Source of the DNA: an uncultured Faecalitalea sp.
GTDB lineage: Bacteria; Bacillota_I; Bacilli_A; Erysipelotrichales; Erysipelotrichaceae
Assembly (NCBI GenBank): GCA_946408025.1
Contig: CAMJQJ010000001.1
Location: 2,109 to 66,108, forward strand
DNA: 64,000 nucleotides
Direction of reading: 5' to 3'
The position numbers were made by a program, and so were the translations under genes. Each line of letters begins with the position of its first letter. Positions within the stretch are counted from its first letter, which is position 1. Below are positions 1-8,855 of this stretch, one piece after another. The notes below the pieces were generated by a model. The model had not been told where the DNA came from. It saw only the letters and a program-made list of their open reading frames with translations, and ran no database searches.

Positions 1-156
1 ATACATTTTCTCAAAGGCAAATGAGCGACCAAAAACAGTACGTATCCCTTCTGTATCTGCACCCATTAGAGAATTCGAATACGTTTCATCATAAAATAAT
101 TCTTTTAATTTCATATCCTGATAAGGAAAATCAATCTTCTTTAATTTAGATGGCAT
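1..156 (-). CDS. 5' part of a RibD C-terminal-domain-like reductase paralog (runs off window edge)
   Basis: ATG at 156 after AGGAGGG RBS; translation MPSKLKKIDFPYQDMKLKELFYDE..VFGRSFAF resembles the N-terminus of 543..1481 (NNYPFDKMKLKCLYKNE..VYGESLQF). Confidence 0.6.
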   Translation of the reverse strand, partial: MPSKLKKIDFPYQDMKLKELFYDETYSNSLMGADTEGIRTVFGRSFAFEKMY

Positions 157-186
157 TTTTCCCTCCTATTTTCCTTAATTAACAAT

Positions 187-549
187 CTAAACGATCTTAT
201 GATTATTTCTAAATTCTAAAAGTTTATATAACTCATTATCTAAATGATACGCTTTAACGCGTTTTACTTTTTCTTTAGGAAAACATGCATCAGCTTTCCT
301 CTTTAACATTTCTATAAAATCTGGTGAAATGTTTTTCCATACTTCTTTATTTTGCCAATAAATGATATGGATCACACGATTGGGGTATGTTTTATTGATC
401 CATGTATCTTTCCCTAAATATCCAGGCAATTTACTTTCCTCCAATGTCCATATTTCATGATCCATCGAAAGATATTGATTCATATAACCCTCTTCCACTT
501 CATTTACCAAAACCTCAATAATTGGAGGTTCTTTATAAGCCGTTAACAT
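187..549 (-). CDS. TIGR03792-like / ABM-type dimeric alpha-beta barrel protein
   Basis: DHEIWT..PGYLGKDTWIN..VIHIIYW..WK pattern; paralog of 3562..3918 and 4550..4915. Confidence 0.7.
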   Translation of the reverse strand: MLTAYKEPPIIEVLVNEVEEGYMNQYLSMDHEIWTLEESKLPGYLGKDTWINKTYPNRVIHIIYWQNKEVWKNISPDFIEMLKRKADACFPKEKVKRVKAYHLDNELYKLLEFRNNHKIV

Positions 550-1481
550 ACTTCTTTTACATCATAAATCACTTTATGTCTTAAGTACATATAATGACTT
601 GAATGCATATAAACAGTAATCAAAGAAGTATGAGGATGGTTTTTACTATCAAATGCCTTGAAATTCTTTCCAATCGTCAATGAATCTCCTCCTAAATATA
701 CACAAGAATAATTTAAGAATAATTCATCCATCAATTGATCTTGAATAAACAAATGCATTAATGATGGGGATTCGACCAACAATGTTTTAATTCCCATGGA
801 ATGCAAGATTTTCATACCTTTAACATTATCCATAACCTTATCACCGGTTACAACGATATAGTTTACATCAACATTCAATTGAATTTCTTCTTTTAAAACA
901 TCATTAATGATTACCACTGGTTTTAATGAATTTTCCTGGCATAATTTCACACCATTAGGTGTAGTGTAAAAAATAATTGGGATCTGCTTCCCTGTAAATT
1001 GAATATGATCATAAGGTATATCTGTTCCATCTAACGTTGGAATCACATTCCATGGTATCTCATTTTTTCCCATTCTAACCCGTGATTTTTCTAATGATTC
1101 ATCATATACGTGACCTGTTCCATTTGGTTCCATTTTTAGAGTATTAGCTCCAAAAATAATGGCATCTGCACTAGCTCTTAAAACATTTAACGTATACCAG
1201 TCAACTACACTTCCTTCTTTAGCTAAATAATTTTTGCTTGCAATGAAAGGCCCTTCAGGAGCATCATTAAATGCAATACGTCCATCTATAGAAGTAACTA
1301 AAGAAGAATATGTATAAGGACGATCTTTTGGAAATTCAGGAAATTGTAATGATTCACCATAAACCTGGTTAAGATGTTCATCCTCAATACCTACGTTCAT
1401 CATTTTGATATTTTCATTTTTATAAAGACATTTTAGTTTCATTTTGTCAAAAGGATAGTTATTTTTTACTAAATTGCTCAT
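543..1481 (-). CDS. RibD C-terminal (dihydrofolate reductase-like) reductase domain protein
   Basis: TSIDGRIA, LRASADAIIFGANTL, GIKTLLVES, DELFL motifs; start placed at MSNLVK. Confidence 0.75.
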   Translation of the reverse strand: MSNLVKNNYPFDKMKLKCLYKNENIKMMNVGIEDEHLNQVYGESLQFPEFPKDRPYTYSSLVTSIDGRIAFNDAPEGPFIASKNYLAKEGSVVDWYTLNVLRASADAIIFGANTLKMEPNGTGHVYDESLEKSRVRMGKNEIPWNVIPTLDGTDIPYDHIQFTGKQIPIIFYTTPNGVKLCQENSLKPVVIINDVLKEEIQLNVDVNYIVVTGDKVMDNVKGMKILHSMGIKTLLVESPSLMHLFIQDQLMDELFLNYSCVYLGGDSLTIGKNFKAFDSKNHPHTSLITVYMHSSHYMYLRHKVIYDVKEVC

Positions 1482-2212
1482 TCTACTGGCCCTCCACAAA
1501 TTGGTAATTCAATTCCAGTAATCCAATCTGATTGCTCAGTACTTAAGAATACAACTCCATTTACAATATCATCCGTTGTTCCAATACGTTCCATTGGATA
1601 TAAACTTCTATATTCAGATAATAATTGTTCAGGATCTGCACAAGAATCTAAACGTTTTTGAATCATTGGGGTATAAATTATTCCTGGTAAAACTGCGTTA
1701 CAACGGACCATTGGTGCCTGTTCAACTGCAATACATTTTGTTAACATATTTACTGCCGCTTTACTTGGATTATATGCAATTCTTTCTGGTAAAGGTTTTA
1801 CACTCATATCACTTGAAATATTAACTATTGTTGATTTTTGTTTTTTCAAATATGGAATAGCTGCTTTACAAATATTAAACGTACCAAAAGCATTAATTTT
1901 CATAACTCTTTCAAAAACTGACACATCTGTTGATTCCAAATCGCCTTCATTTACAATTCCTGCACAATGAACTAATGAATCAATTTTTCCATATGTTTCA
2001 TATGCAAAATCAGCTGCTTTTTTACAGTCTTCAAATTTAGTTATATCTCCTTGAATATAAACAAAATTATCGTGTTCAATTGTTGGTTTTGCTTCCAAAG
2101 AAAATCCAACAACTTTACAACCCAGTTCCAAAAATTTTTTTGCAACTGCTTCTCCCATTCCACTTGCTGCCCCGCTTATTAAGGCAACTCGATTTTCCAT
2201 AGTAATTTTCAT
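1478..2212 (-). CDS. SDR family oxidoreductase
   Basis: SGAASGMG Rossmann motif, HCAG, YNPSK (YxxxK), ITG C-terminal motif. Confidence 0.9.
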   Translation of the reverse strand: MKITMENRVALISGAASGMGEAVAKKFLELGCKVVGFSLEAKPTIEHDNFVYIQGDITKFEDCKKAADFAYETYGKIDSLVHCAGIVNEGDLESTDVSVFERVMKINAFGTFNICKAAIPYLKKQKSTIVNISSDMSVKPLPERIAYNPSKAAVNMLTKCIAVEQAPMVRCNAVLPGIIYTPMIQKRLDSCADPEQLLSEYRSLYPMERIGTTDDIVNGVVFLSTEQSDWITGIELPICGGPVE

Positions 2213-2934
2213 ATTAATTTTGCTCCTCCGTTTAAAAATATTACCGACGCTATATTTGGCTGTGTTCCTACTAAATAGTGAATGAGGCTTTTTACATCTA
2301 AATATTCACCCAAACGCCTCAAAGGATACAATTTAATTTGTTTTTTTTCTGCTTCTTTTTGTTCTTTTACTGACTCATATTTTGAATAATATAAATCAGA
2401 TTTGGTTATTCCCAACGCAACAGAATAAAAATGTATCGAAGGATAGTTTTGCTGCATGCATTGAACCATAATATTTTGTGCTTTACGACTTGATGCGTAA
2501 CCAACACGCTCTGGTATACAAAAACTTCCTACATCACTAGTAATCGAAACAACAAATCCTTCATTCACTTCAATTTCTGAAATAAAACATTGAATCAAAT
2601 TATAATTTCCAATTACATTAATTTCATAATTTTTCCAAAAATCAAAGGCTTTTATTTTTTCTATACAACCACTTCTGCATATTCCTGCACAACAAATCAA
2701 TCCACAAATTGATAAGTTTTTTGTTATTTGCTTCACTTTATGAAACAAATCTCGATCTTGAATATCTAAAGATAGATATGTAAAAGATTCATGCTGAAAA
2801 CTTGTTGTTTTACTTCTCGCTATACCAATGACCCTAAAACCGTCTTCGATCAATTGCTTACAAACTTCTAATCCTATTCCTTTACTAGCCCCCGATACTA
2901 AGATTACTTTTTTCTTATTTTCTATTTTCTTCAT
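2209..2934 (-). CDS. SDR family oxidoreductase, atypical catalytic motif
   Basis: SGASKGIG, CCAG; YASSR instead of YxxxK; start placed at MKKIEN. Confidence 0.8.
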   Translation of the reverse strand: MKKIENKKKVILVSGASKGIGLEVCKQLIEDGFRVIGIARSKTTSFQHESFTYLSLDIQDRDLFHKVKQITKNLSICGLICCAGICRSGCIEKIKAFDFWKNYEINVIGNYNLIQCFISEIEVNEGFVVSITSDVGSFCIPERVGYASSRKAQNIMVQCMQQNYPSIHFYSVALGITKSDLYYSKYESVKEQKEAEKKQIKLYPLRRLGEYLDVKSLIHYLVGTQPNIASVIFLNGGAKLI

Positions 2935-3553
2935 AATCCATGTAGTTCCATGAAGAATAACCATACACATAGTTTTTACCGGCTTCTTTATTTTTGCTCC
3001 ATGTGTTGATTTGATCCGCTATATAACTACATTGAGTAAGAGCATAAAAATTATTTTTAGAAGGTAAAACATCTGTTTTGTTTGCATAAATGCTCCCTAG
3101 CATTAACGCATCCATTTCTTTAAAATAAAACTCCACCGTTGCTTCAACCGATTTTGCCATACTTTTCCAACGAGCTCCTGTTGTCATGACCAACACACCT
3201 GCTTTATCCCATGAATGGACTCTATCTTTGCGTGTTTCATATCCATTTCTCCACACATTTAAGCGTGAAAGAAATGACATCAATGGACCCGATATATTAC
3301 CAAACCACATAGGTGCAGCCAAAATAATGCAATCAGCATCTTCAATTTTCTTTAATACATCACCAAAATAATCTTCTTGTGAACAAATTGATTGTGTTTT
3401 ACATTTTTCGCACCCCAAGCAAGGCTTCAATGGCATATAATCATAAACATGAATAATCTCTATATCACCGTTAATTTTACTTATTAATTCATTGGTCAAA
3501 CTCATTGTTTGACCATTTTTCTTTGGTGAACCATTAATAACAATTGTCTTCAT
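2915..3553 (-). CDS. Flavodoxin-like iron-sulfur flavoprotein (NADPH-dependent FMN reductase family)
   Basis: INGSPKKNGQT FMN loop, CxxCxxCx5C (CLGCEKCKTQSIC), APMWFG. Confidence 0.85.
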   Translation of the reverse strand: MKTIVINGSPKKNGQTMSLTNELISKINGDIEIIHVYDYMPLKPCLGCEKCKTQSICSQEDYFGDVLKKIEDADCIILAAPMWFGNISGPLMSFLSRLNVWRNGYETRKDRVHSWDKAGVLVMTTGARWKSMAKSVEATVEFYFKEMDALMLGSIYANKTDVLPSKNNFYALTQCSYIADQINTWSKNKEAGKNYVYGYSSWNYMDYEENRK

Positions 3554-3561
3554 ATTTCTCC

Positions 3562-3918
3562 TTATTTTACAAAACTACAATATTCATAAATACCATGATT
3601 ATTTTCCTTATGAATTCTACGAACTAATTTAAAAGGTTCATTAAACTCGTTTGTAAATTTTTGATCTATTTCTTTTAATTTTTCTACTGGTATGGATTTC
3701 CAACCTTCCATAGTTTTCCAGCTGATTATAGAATGAACTTCTCCTGGATTAGTATCATTTACCCAAATTTGTTTGGAAACAAAGGCAGGATATTCTTTTA
3801 AAAACATTGTCCAAATCTCATGATCCAACTGAATAAAACGATTTAAATTGTCTGGATTTTCTAATTGAAAAACTAAATGTTCTACTGGATACATTAAATT
3901 ATTTTTTGATGTATACAT
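3562..3918 (-). CDS. TIGR03792-like / ABM-type barrel protein
   Basis: VEHLVF..FIQLDHEIWT..YPAFVSKQIWVN..PGEVHSIISW..WKSIP. Confidence 0.75.
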   Translation of the reverse strand: MYTSKNNLMYPVEHLVFQLENPDNLNRFIQLDHEIWTMFLKEYPAFVSKQIWVNDTNPGEVHSIISWKTMEGWKSIPVEKLKEIDQKFTNEFNEPFKLVRRIHKENNHGIYEYCSFVK

Positions 3919-3920
3919 TA

Positions 3921-4553
3921 TTATTCCTCCATTAAACGCACATAGTTCTCTGACGCATAACCATATTTATAAAACTTGCCACTCATTTTATCTTCATACC
4001 ATTGATTCAAAGCCTTTGCTGCTCGCTCGCATTTTATTTTATCTTGCTTTGATTCACCAGCTTTAACACGATCACACCCCTGAGCATAAACCACGTCTAA
4101 AATCAATGCATCAAAATGATTAAATACAAATTCAACAGTTGTTTCCATTGTCTTGGCCATGTTATGCCATTTTTCATCACTCGACATTAAGAAAACCCCT
4201 GCTTTATCAAATTTATGAACTAAATCTTTACGATAAATGTGCCCAGATGTAATTGTCTGTAATCTTGAGAAAAAGTTCATCATTGGTCCAGGCACATTTC
4301 CAAACCACATTGGACAGGCAACAACAAAACAATCAACATCAAAACTTCTTTCTAAAATGTCTGAAAATTCATCATGGTAAACACAGCCATAATTTTTATG
4401 ACAAAATGCACAATCAATACAAGGTTTGATATGTAAATAATCAAAGATATTGATTATTTCAATTTCACCATTTAAATGTTTACAAAATTCGTTTACTAAA
4501 CGAATTGTATTCCCCTCTTTATGAGGAGACCCGACAAAAATCATAGTTTTCAT
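3921..4553 (-). CDS. Flavodoxin-like iron-sulfur flavoprotein
   Basis: VGSPHKEGNT, CIDCAFCHKNYGC, CPMWFG; paralog of 2915..3553. Confidence 0.85.
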   Translation of the reverse strand: MKTMIFVGSPHKEGNTIRLVNEFCKHLNGEIEIINIFDYLHIKPCIDCAFCHKNYGCVYHDEFSDILERSFDVDCFVVACPMWFGNVPGPMMNFFSRLQTITSGHIYRKDLVHKFDKAGVFLMSSDEKWHNMAKTMETTVEFVFNHFDALILDVVYAQGCDRVKAGESKQDKIKCERAAKALNQWYEDKMSGKFYKYGYASENYVRLMEE

Positions 4554-4915
4554 TTTTCATCCACCTCATAATGTAAAACTTTATGATACCCAAAATTATT
4601 TTCATTATGTAATCTTGGACCATTTTTATATGGATAAGGAAACGCTTTATCAAACTCTTCTGAAATCCTGATTAAATCTTCTTTCGGAATTGATAACCAA
4701 TCTTCTAATGTTTCCCAAATAATCACAATATGAACTTCTCCTGGGTTATTTGTATTTAAATAAGATGTTGTAGAAACAAATCCCTTATATTTTGATAAAG
4801 CTTTTGTCCAAATCTCGTTTGTTTCAATATACTTTTTAGCTTCTTCTTCATTTCGACAATAGAAAATTAAATATTCAACTGGATAATGTTTGTTATAAAA
4901 CTCCATCATTTCCAC
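4550..4915 (-). CDS. TIGR03792-like / ABM-type barrel protein
   Basis: VEYLIF..EIWTKALSKYKGFVS..NPGEVHIVIIWETLEDWLSIP. Confidence 0.75.
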   Translation of the reverse strand: MEMMEFYNKHYPVEYLIFYCRNEEEAKKYIETNEIWTKALSKYKGFVSTTSYLNTNNPGEVHIVIIWETLEDWLSIPKEDLIRISEEFDKAFPYPYKNGPRLHNENNFGYHKVLHYEVDEK

Positions 4916-5254
4916 CTACCCTTGTTTTTTATGAGCTTTAATCGCATCAAATGCAGCCAATAGTACTGGAACAGCTTCCATTGCACCATAATGATCTTTA
5001 TCAATTACTACAACTGGAACATCATATCCTTTATCTAAAGCTACCCTTCTTACTTCATCTTTTAACATAGAAACTTGTGGTCCCAACATGATAACTCTTG
5101 TGTCATCTAACTTTTCATAGTATTCTTCTTTTCCCCATGCTTCTATTACAATTCCACGGTCCTTTAGGTTTGGTGATTCTTCTACCGCTTTTTTCATTCT
5201 GTTCACCAACATTGAGGTTGACAAACCTCCATAGCATACTAATAAAATCTTCAT
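4916..5254 (-). CDS. PTS Lac/Cel family IIB component (copy 1)
   Basis: KILLVCYGGLSTSMLV phospho-Cys loop, LGPQV. Confidence 0.92.
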   Translation of the reverse strand: MKILLVCYGGLSTSMLVNRMKKAVEESPNLKDRGIVIEAWGKEEYYEKLDDTRVIMLGPQVSMLKDEVRRVALDKGYDVPVVVIDKDHYGAMEAVPVLLAAFDAIKAHKKQG

Positions 5255-5263
5255 GTCTTCCTC

Positions 5264-6574
5264 CTAGAAATCAAATTCGATATCTTCCAATGTTCGTGTA
5301 TCCTTTGTCTTACTTCCTTCGGATTCTAATGCTCTCTTTTCAGCAATTTTGAAGAAAGGATAATACAACAACACACTCACCGCAATAATTGCTGCCCATA
5401 CAATTAGATATTTCCAATCCATACATGCAATCCATGCTCCAAAAGGAAGAGGAATATATGGTCCTACTAGAACAAATGGAGACATGAAACCACTTTCTAT
5501 CGCAATCCAACCAATTGCTGCTGCAATAGGTGTTGAAAGCAACCAAGGAATAAACATTATAGGGTTCAAAATAACAGGAAGACCAAACAATACTGATTCT
5601 CCAATACCAAAGAATTCAGGAATAATTGACAAACGTCCAATAGATTTAAATCGTTTTGATTTTGACAAAAGCATCAAGATACACAATGCTCCGCAAATTC
5701 CTGAACCTGTTGTTCCTGCCATATCCCACATGAAATTTGGTGTCAATACACGAACAGCTTCTGTAGATTCTCCAGCTACAATCGCAGCATTAATATCCAC
5801 ATTTGCGAATGCTACAGCCATCCAAATTGGAGCCATAACTGCATAACCGTGAATACCGAACCACCACAACAACTGCTGAATAAATAAAATCAATAACATT
5901 CCACCTAAAGTATTTACTGAAGCTGTTAATGGAGAGAATAATTTTTCAACCAATTGAACCATTGCAACCCCAGTTACTGATTCCACCCCATACTTAAATA
6001 CAATCAGGATCAGAATTGAAAATAAGATTGGCCATAGATTTTCAAAACTTCTTAAGATTGGTGTTGGAACTCCATCTCCTAAATTAATCGTAAAATGCAG
6101 TTTATTACGGAATATATGTAAAATCTCAACAGAAATCAAACCAAACACTAAAGCGGTAAAAATTCCTGTTCCTCCATAATAACTAGTAATCGTTGCACCT
6201 GTTTCCGGATCATATAATGTTGCCATGATGATAAAAGCACAAATTGATGTTACGATTGCACCGATATCCCATACTTTTCTCTGCTGTGAATAATAATATC
6301 CAACGAATGCAGCCACATATAAAGCTAAACACCCCATAGTTGCAAAGTTCATAGGTTGTGTAACTTGACCTAAAAAAGTCGTTGCATCCACGAACCATTG
6401 AGGCATCCCCGGTATATTAGGTAACTGTGAAAAAATTGTTGGAATCGACCCTACCAAGGTTACCGGAACCAAAGTCATCATTCCACGTCTTACAGCTGCC
6501 AATTGCGGATTCTCTTCCAGTTTTGCCGCAATAGGTAACAGCCATTTTGATAATAATTGTTCAAACTTATCCAT
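5264..6574 (-). CDS. PTS Lac/Cel family IIC permease (copy 1)
   Basis: LWWFGIHG, FGIGESVLFGLPVILNP, LYYPFFK; hydrophobic; start placed at MDKFEQ. Confidence 0.92.
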   Translation of the reverse strand: MDKFEQLLSKWLLPIAAKLEENPQLAAVRRGMMTLVPVTLVGSIPTIFSQLPNIPGMPQWFVDATTFLGQVTQPMNFATMGCLALYVAAFVGYYYSQQRKVWDIGAIVTSICAFIIMATLYDPETGATITSYYGGTGIFTALVFGLISVEILHIFRNKLHFTINLGDGVPTPILRSFENLWPILFSILILIVFKYGVESVTGVAMVQLVEKLFSPLTASVNTLGGMLLILFIQQLLWWFGIHGYAVMAPIWMAVAFANVDINAAIVAGESTEAVRVLTPNFMWDMAGTTGSGICGALCILMLLSKSKRFKSIGRLSIIPEFFGIGESVLFGLPVILNPIMFIPWLLSTPIAAAIGWIAIESGFMSPFVLVGPYIPLPFGAWIACMDWKYLIVWAAIIAVSVLLYYPFFKIAEKRALESEGSKTKDTRTLEDIEFDF

Positions 6575-6611
6575 AAAGCTAAGTCCCCTTTCTGCAAAAA
6601 CATGATAATTT

Positions 6612-6625
6612 AGTAAGCGCTTTCT
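6612..6625. promoter_or_regulatory. cre-like (CcpA/LacI-type) site; duplicated at 8749..8762
   Basis: AGTAAGCGCTTTCT near-palindrome with central GCGC upstream of the IIC gene. Confidence 0.4.
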
Positions 6626-6687
6626 ATCAAATCTATAATTGCACAACATAAAGGTGCAAAATTATATGATAATTAAAGAACACAAAA

Positions 6688-6714
6688 GGCTCGATAGATT
6701 TCTCTTTTCGAGCC
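6688..6714 (-). terminator. Hairpin downstream of the PTS IIA gene
   Basis: GGCTCGA..TCGAGCC stem followed by a T run on the minus strand. Confidence 0.5.
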
Positions 6715-6723
6715 AATATGGTT

Positions 6724-7044
6724 TTATTTTGATAATTCAGTTATTTTTTGATTTAAACGAATAATAGAATACGCTAGATCCTTTAATAAAATGGCATTCA
6801 TCAGATGATCTTGAGCATGCACCATTAGTAAAGAATATTCTGTTGATTCTCCATTTACTTCTTTTTGCAATAATTCCGTTTGCACTTTATGAGCAGCTAC
6901 TAAAGAAACTTCTGACTCTTTCATAGTTTCAAACGCCTTTTCAATTTCCCCATTTTCTGCCATAGAGATTGCTGATAAGAACCCAGCAGAAGCAGTGCCT
7001 GCATCACTGATAATTTTAAACGCCAGCATTATAACTTCTTCCAC
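6724..7044 (-). CDS. PTS Lac/Cel family IIA component
   Basis: AHKVQTELLQ, LLMVHAQDHLM motif. Confidence 0.92.
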   Translation of the reverse strand: MEEVIMLAFKIISDAGTASAGFLSAISMAENGEIEKAFETMKESEVSLVAAHKVQTELLQKEVNGESTEYSLLMVHAQDHLMNAILLKDLAYSIIRLNQKITELSK

Positions 7045-7052
7045 TATTACAC

Positions 7053-7391
7053 CTACCCTTGTTTTTTATGAGCTTTAATCGCATCAAATGCAGCCAATAG
7101 TACTGGAACAGCTTCCATTGCACCATAATGATCTTTATCAATTACTACAACTGGAACATCATATCCTTTATCTAAAGCTACCCTTCTTACTTCATCTTTT
7201 AACATAGAAACTTGTGGTCCCAACATGATAACTCTTGTGTCATCTAACTTTTCATAGTATTCTTCTTTTCCCCATGCTTCTATTACAATTCCACGGTCCT
7301 TTAGGTTTGGTGATTCTTCTACCGCTTTTTTCATTCTGTTCACCAACATTGAGGTTGACAAACCTCCATAGCATACTAATAAAATCTTCAT
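7053..7391 (-). CDS. PTS Lac/Cel family IIB component (copy 2)
   Basis: Translation identical to 4916..5254. Confidence 0.92.
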   Translation of the reverse strand: MKILLVCYGGLSTSMLVNRMKKAVEESPNLKDRGIVIEAWGKEEYYEKLDDTRVIMLGPQVSMLKDEVRRVALDKGYDVPVVVIDKDHYGAMEAVPVLLAAFDAIKAHKKQG

Positions 7392-7400
7392 GTCTTCCTC

Positions 7401-8711
7401 CTAGAAATCAAATTCGATATCTTCCAATGTTCGTGTATCCTTTGTCTTACTTCCTTCGGATTCTAATGCTCTCTTTTCAGCAATTTTGAAGAAAGGATAA
7501 TACAACAACACACTCACCGCAATAATTGCTGCCCATACAATTAGATATTTCCAATCCATACATGCAATCCATGCTCCAAAAGGAAGAGGAATATATGGTC
7601 CTACTAGAACAAATGGAGACATGAAACCACTTTCTATCGCAATCCAACCAATTGCTGCTGCAATAGGTGTTGAAAGCAACCAAGGAATAAACATTATAGG
7701 GTTCAAAATAACAGGAAGACCAAACAATACTGATTCTCCAATACCAAAGAATTCAGGAATAATTGACAAACGTCCAATAGATTTAAATCGTTTTGATTTT
7801 GACAAAAGCATCAAGATACACAATGCTCCGCAAATTCCTGAACCTGTTGTTCCTGCCATATCCCACATGAAATTTGGTGTCAATACACGAACAGCTTCTG
7901 TAGATTCTCCAGCTACAATCGCAGCATTAATATCCACATTTGCGAATGCTACAGCCATCCAAATTGGAGCCATAACTGCATAACCGTGAATACCGAACCA
8001 CCACAACAACTGCTGAATAAATAAAATCAATAACATTCCACCTAAAGTATTTACTGAAGCTGTTAATGGAGAGAATAATTTTTCAACCAATTGAACCATT
8101 GCAACCCCAGTTACTGATTCCACCCCATACTTAAATACAATCAGGATCAGAATTGAAAATAAGATTGGCCATAGATTTTCAAAACTTCTTAAGATTGGTG
8201 TTGGAACTCCATCTCCTAAATTAATCGTAAAATGCAGTTTATTACGGAATATATGTAAAATCTCAACAGAAATCAAACCAAACACTAAAGCGGTAAAAAT
8301 TCCTGTTCCTCCATAATAACTAGTAATCGTTGCACCTGTTTCCGGATCATATAATGTTGCCATGATGATAAAAGCACAAATTGATGTTACGATTGCACCG
8401 ATATCCCATACTTTTCTCTGCTGTGAATAATAATATCCAACGAATGCAGCCACATATAAAGCTAAACACCCCATAGTTGCAAAGTTCATAGGTTGTGTAA
8501 CTTGACCTAAAAAAGTCGTTGCATCCACGAACCATTGAGGCATCCCCGGTATATTAGGTAACTGTGAAAAAATTGTTGGAATCGACCCTACCAAGGTTAC
8601 CGGAACCAAAGTCATCATTCCACGTCTTACAGCTGCCAATTGCGGATTCTCTTCCAGTTTTGCCGCAATAGGTAACAGCCATTTTGATAATAATTGTTCA
8701 AACTTATCCAT
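7401..8711 (-). CDS. PTS Lac/Cel family IIC permease (copy 2)
   Basis: Translation identical to 5264..6574. Confidence 0.92.
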   Translation of the reverse strand: MDKFEQLLSKWLLPIAAKLEENPQLAAVRRGMMTLVPVTLVGSIPTIFSQLPNIPGMPQWFVDATTFLGQVTQPMNFATMGCLALYVAAFVGYYYSQQRKVWDIGAIVTSICAFIIMATLYDPETGATITSYYGGTGIFTALVFGLISVEILHIFRNKLHFTINLGDGVPTPILRSFENLWPILFSILILIVFKYGVESVTGVAMVQLVEKLFSPLTASVNTLGGMLLILFIQQLLWWFGIHGYAVMAPIWMAVAFANVDINAAIVAGESTEAVRVLTPNFMWDMAGTTGSGICGALCILMLLSKSKRFKSIGRLSIIPEFFGIGESVLFGLPVILNPIMFIPWLLSTPIAAAIGWIAIESGFMSPFVLVGPYIPLPFGAWIACMDWKYLIVWAAIIAVSVLLYYPFFKIAEKRALESEGSKTKDTRTLEDIEFDF

Positions 8712-8765
8712 AAAGCTAAGTCCCCTTTCTGCAAAAACATGATAATTTAGTAAGCGCTTTCTATC

Positions 8766-8806
8766 AAATCTATAATTGCACATGCTTGTTGTGCAATTAT
8801 AGATTT
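8766..8806. promoter_or_regulatory. Long inverted repeat, candidate operator of the divergent PRD regulator
   Basis: AAATCTATAATTGCACA-N7-TGTGCAATTATAGATTT between divergent IIC and regulator genes. Confidence 0.55.
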
Positions 8807-8855
8807 TATTGATTGATTGATTTAATTTATATATACTAATTGAAAGGTGATCAGC

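Larger units (their letters stand above)
4913..6645. repeat. Direct repeat copy 1 (1,733 bp; PTS IIB + IIC + leader)
   Basis: Matches 7050..8782 at offset 2137; identical translations; diverges at 4912/7049 and 6646/8783. Confidence 0.95.
7050..8782. repeat. Direct repeat copy 2 (1,733 bp)
   Basis: Matches 4913..6645. Confidence 0.95.
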
